From Patescibacteria group bacterium (lineage in GTDB: Bacteria > Patescibacteriota > Patescibacteriia > Patescibacteriales > JAQVLT01), in the NCBI GenBank assembly GCA_028704015.1, contig JAQVLT010000005.1, positions 10,820 through 74,819 on the forward strand: a DNA stretch of 64,000 nt, in the 5' to 3' direction. A model generated the notes under the pieces. The model did not search any database. It had not been told where the DNA came from and worked only from the letters and a program-made list of their open reading frames with translations. Below are positions 61,355 to 64,000 of this stretch, piece by piece; positions within the stretch are counted from its first letter, which is position 1, and each line of letters begins with the position of its first letter. A program made the translations under genes and the position numbers.

Positions 61355-62749
61355 TTAAACACTATTTTCTCCGTTTTTTGTTTGCTTATTCTTTTCACTT
61401 AATCTTTTTTCCATATCAGCATTTATTTTTTTGTAATCAATCACTTCTTGAATTCCTGACTCCATATCCCGTAATAATATTGTGCCATCCATTAATTCCT
61501 TTTGGCCTAAAATCAGACTGTATTTCGCGCCTACCCTATCCGCTTCTTCAAGCTGCGCTTTAAGACTGTCTTTGGTAAATAATTGTCTGACTTTAAATCC
61601 GGAGCGGCGCATTTCTTCAAACAAATTCATCGCCTTTCTTCTTGCCTGTTCGCCTAACTGAGCAATAAAAATATAATCTTCATCATCTTTCTTCAAAGGA
61701 ATATTTTTCTCTCTAATCAGAAGAACTGTTCTTTCTATGCCAAGACCGAAACCGCAAGCCGGAGTTTCCCGGCCGCCCATATATTCCATTAAATTATCAT
61801 AACGCCCGCCGCCGCCCAAAGCTGATTGCGCTCTATTTTCTCTACTTTTTTCTCCATCTTCTTCAACCGGCCAAACCTCAAACACTGTGCGATTATAATA
61901 ATCCAATCCCCTCACCAAATAAGGATTTAAATTGTAAGGAATCTCCAACTCATCCAAATATTCCAAAACTTTAATAAAATGATCTCGGCAAGAATCGCAG
62001 AGAGAATCAACAATTTGCGGCGCATCTTCTCTCAATTTAATGCAAACCTCTTCTTTACAGTCCAGGAGACGCAAAGGATTTTTTACCAAACGTTTTTTAC
62101 AATCATAACAAAGCTTAGCGCGCTTGCCTCTTTCTTTGTAGAAATTTAATAATTTTTCAATATATTGTTCGCGGCATTCTTTGCAGCCAATACTGTTTAT
62201 CTGAATCTGAACCGCAATTTGTAACTCGCGAAAAAAATTATAAGCGACTAATATTAAAATTACATCAGCTATCGGCGTGGCATCACCAAAAATTTCCAAA
62301 TCAAATTGGTTAAATTGGCGATAACGCCCTGCCTGCGGCTTATCATGCCGAAAAACCGGCCCTAACCAAAACATTTTTACTGGCTGAGGCAAATTTAACA
62401 TTCCATGTTCAATATAAGTACGCACTAATCCTGGTGTAGCTTCCGGACGTAAAGCTACTTTTTCCCCGTTTTTATCAACAAAAGAATACATTTCCTTGCT
62501 AACGATATCGGTAGATTTGCCAGTAGCTCTTTCATAGAGTTCTAATCTTTCTAAAATCGGCGTTTCAATTCTTTTAAACCCATAAACCCTGGCCAATTCG
62601 GTTGCTTTTTTGTACACTAAATCCCAATATTTGTATTCATCAAACAAAATATCCTTCATGCCGCGCAAGCGTGGATACTTAAGCTGGCCTCGAGGTCTCT
62701 CTCCGCCCGCTTTTGCTTCTTCAATTTTCATTTTTTTTCTTCGTGGCAT
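61355..62749 (-). CDS. hisS: histidine--tRNA ligase
   Basis: Class II motifs (GMKDILFDE, ALRPEATPGLVR, YRQFNQFDLEIFG, GGGRYDNL, GFGLGIERT) and the C-terminal anticodon-binding domain. Confidence 0.95.
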   Translation of the reverse strand: MPRRKKMKIEEAKAGGERPRGQLKYPRLRGMKDILFDEYKYWDLVYKKATELARVYGFKRIETPILERLELYERATGKSTDIVSKEMYSFVDKNGEKVALRPEATPGLVRTYIEHGMLNLPQPVKMFWLGPVFRHDKPQAGRYRQFNQFDLEIFGDATPIADVILILVAYNFFRELQIAVQIQINSIGCKECREQYIEKLLNFYKERGKRAKLCYDCKKRLVKNPLRLLDCKEEVCIKLREDAPQIVDSLCDSCRDHFIKVLEYLDELEIPYNLNPYLVRGLDYYNRTVFEVWPVEEDGEKSRENRAQSALGGGGRYDNLMEYMGGRETPACGFGLGIERTVLLIREKNIPLKKDDEDYIFIAQLGEQARRKAMNLFEEMRRSGFKVRQLFTKDSLKAQLEEADRVGAKYSLILGQKELMDGTILLRDMESGIQEVIDYKKINADMEKRLSEKNKQTKNGENSV

Positions 62750-62759
62750 AATAATTTAA

Positions 62760-63362
62760 TTAATATTGGTATGCTGGGGTATCAAATAATTTTACGCGAG
62801 TAAAAGGCCACCCCCTGAGCAAAACCTTACCGACAATAAAACTTTTATCAACCGCTCCAAAACTGCGGGAATCTTTGGAAGAATTACGATTATCGCCCAA
62901 AACGTAATATTCATTTTCTCCCAAACTGATTATATCTTCATTTGAACTATAAGTTTTTAAATTTTGTTCTAAATAAGACTCCTCCAAAACTACGCCGTCA
63001 ACATAAGTATTATTAAAAATTTTTATTTCACCATCTTTTATCTGCACTTTTTCTCCCGGCATGCCAATAATGCGTTTAATAAAATATTCTTGCGGATTCT
63101 TGGGATATTTAAAAACAATAATATCGCCACGTTTCGGTTCTTCAAAGCGGTAACTAATTTCATTGATTATTAAATATTCATGATCATAAAAATTCGGTTC
63201 CATGGAAGCGCCCTTCACATAAAATGGTTGGATCAAGTAATATCTAATCGGAATAATAATGGCTAATGAGATAGCAATAATTTTAACTAATTCAAAAATA
63301 TAGAGAAAAAAATTTTTTATCATAATATTAAAAATTGGCTTTTTAAACTGCCTCAAAGCCAT
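62760..63362 (-). CDS. lepB: signal peptidase I
   Basis: Catalytic Ser box KGASMEPNF, Lys box YFIKRIIGMPGE and GDNRNSSKDSR. Confidence 0.9.
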   Translation of the reverse strand: MALRQFKKPIFNIMIKNFFLYIFELVKIIAISLAIIIPIRYYLIQPFYVKGASMEPNFYDHEYLIINEISYRFEEPKRGDIIVFKYPKNPQEYFIKRIIGMPGEKVQIKDGEIKIFNNTYVDGVVLEESYLEQNLKTYSSNEDIISLGENEYYVLGDNRNSSKDSRSFGAVDKSFIVGKVLLRGWPFTRVKLFDTPAYQY

Positions 63363-63421
63363 TAACCATTATTTATAAATATAATAAATTATACCATTAA
63401 AGTCAAGGGGATAAAAAAATA

Positions 63422-63458
63422 ATAAAAGAAAGCGGAAAAACAATTTCCCGCTTTCTTT
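63422..63458 (-). terminator. rho-independent terminator downstream of the long-form ndk
   Basis: AAGAAAGCGG-loop-CCCGCTTTCTT hairpin with flanking T/A runs. Confidence 0.55.
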
Positions 63459-63474
63459 TTATATTTACAAATAT

Positions 63475-64000
63475 TTATTCTGTAACTCCATCTAAATTTA
63501 CGTCGTATAATATTTTTTCCGCCACTAAATTATATTTTAATATATCGCTTTCTGGAAACCAAATCTTTATTTCCTGTTCTGCCTCTTCGGTTGAACCAGA
63601 CGCATGAATCAAATTTCTGACGCTTCTCTGGTCTAAATCAGCCATCGCATAAGAATCAAGCGTAAAATCTCCACGGATTGTTCCTACGTCAGAAGTTAAT
63701 GGCTCTGTTTTGCCGGTAATTTTTCTGACCAACTCCACCGCCATATTGCCTTGCCAAATCATAGCAACAACCGGACCGGAGCTCAAATACTTGGCATTCG
63801 CTTTTAGTACCGCTTTTCCATTATCCATATTGGTTTTATAAGGCGACTCCAAGCCACGCTTCTCGTAAGACGCGCGGGCTTTGCGGCCGACTTCTTCTAG
63901 CCAAGCATCGCCGCCAACCGCGTAATAATGTTCAGTTGCTTTTTCTTCAGTAGGAATAACCATTTTCAAAGCCAAAAGCTTGAGTCCGGTTCTTTCATAA
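63475..64000 (-). CDS. ndk: nucleoside diphosphate kinase, long form with internal insertion; N-terminus beyond the window
   Basis: The frame stays open to the window end (...YERTGLKLLALKMVIPTEEKA...). SSGPVVAMIWQG, GTIRGDFT and NLIHASGS (active-site His) are present. A ~45-aa insertion separates the EHY region from the SGP motif. Confidence 0.8.
   Translation of the reverse strand, partial: YERTGLKLLALKMVIPTEEKATEHYYAVGGDAWLEEVGRKARASYEKRGLESPYKTNMDNGKAVLKANAKYLSSGPVVAMIWQGNMAVELVRKITGKTEPLTSDVGTIRGDFTLDSYAMADLDQRSVRNLIHASGSTEEAEQEIKIWFPESDILKYNLVAEKILYDVNLDGVTE

Noticed and set aside
1-64000. Alternative genetic code (UGA recoding, as in some CPR lineages)
   Set aside because: Standard-code ORFs are long and contiguous. 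TGA ends the 2821..3525 gene at a natural C-terminus, followed by a terminator.

Overview
The window looks like a low-GC, gene-dense chromosome segment from a CPR/Patescibacteria (Parcubacteria-like) bacterium. That assignment is an inference from gene content and sequence style, not a database result. Spot counts of 60-nt lines give about 30% GC in typical genes. The standard genetic code fits: long ORFs are uninterrupted and TGA acts as a stop. About 85% of the sequence is coding, and nearly everything from 16.9 kb to 58.9 kb is on the minus strand.

Four blocks:
1. 0-13 kb: housekeeping genes (secA, cdd, ndk, hpf, rseP, frr, holB, and a YjjX/Nudix house-cleaning operon), interrupted by small high-GC islets.
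2. 13.3-28.9 kb: a glycan-assembly cluster. It holds a priming phosphoglycosyl transferase, a UDP-GlcA 4-epimerase-like SDR, a UXS-like decarboxylase, a Wzx-like flippase, four GT4 glycosyltransferases, an AsnB-like amidotransferase, a B12-radical SAM enzyme and four class I methyltransferases.
3. 29-36.6 kb: housekeeping genes (CDF transporter, HD hydrolase, tRNA-Ser, DsbA-like, gatCA, ligA), plus a DUF559 cassette bracketed by hairpin repeats. A related hairpin element sits in-frame inside ligA.
4. 36.9-58.9 kb: a co-directional cell-surface island, the most interesting part. It contains a minor-pilin operon (GspH/FimT-, PilV-, PilW- and PilX-like) whose PilX-like protein carries GLUG repeats. 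It also holds Trp-repeat/FN3 proteins, thrombospondin-type-3 (Ca-binding) membrane proteins and a tandem variable-C-terminus pair. A 694-aa Cys-repeat protein has a headless pilin-like motif. Two giant paralogs (2085 aa and 906 aa) begin with VirB2/TrbC-pilin-like two-helix modules, and the larger one has an extremely cysteine-dense core.

No pilus or T4SS motor genes are in the window. The last 5 kb is housekeeping again: a truncated Rel, GatB/YqeY, rpsU, hisS, lepB and a second, long-form ndk.

Several short intergenic repeat families are visible by eye: GC palindromes, purine/pyrimidine hairpins, phased AT boxes and heptamer tandem repeats. All functional calls come from recognising motifs in the translations. 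No searches were run.
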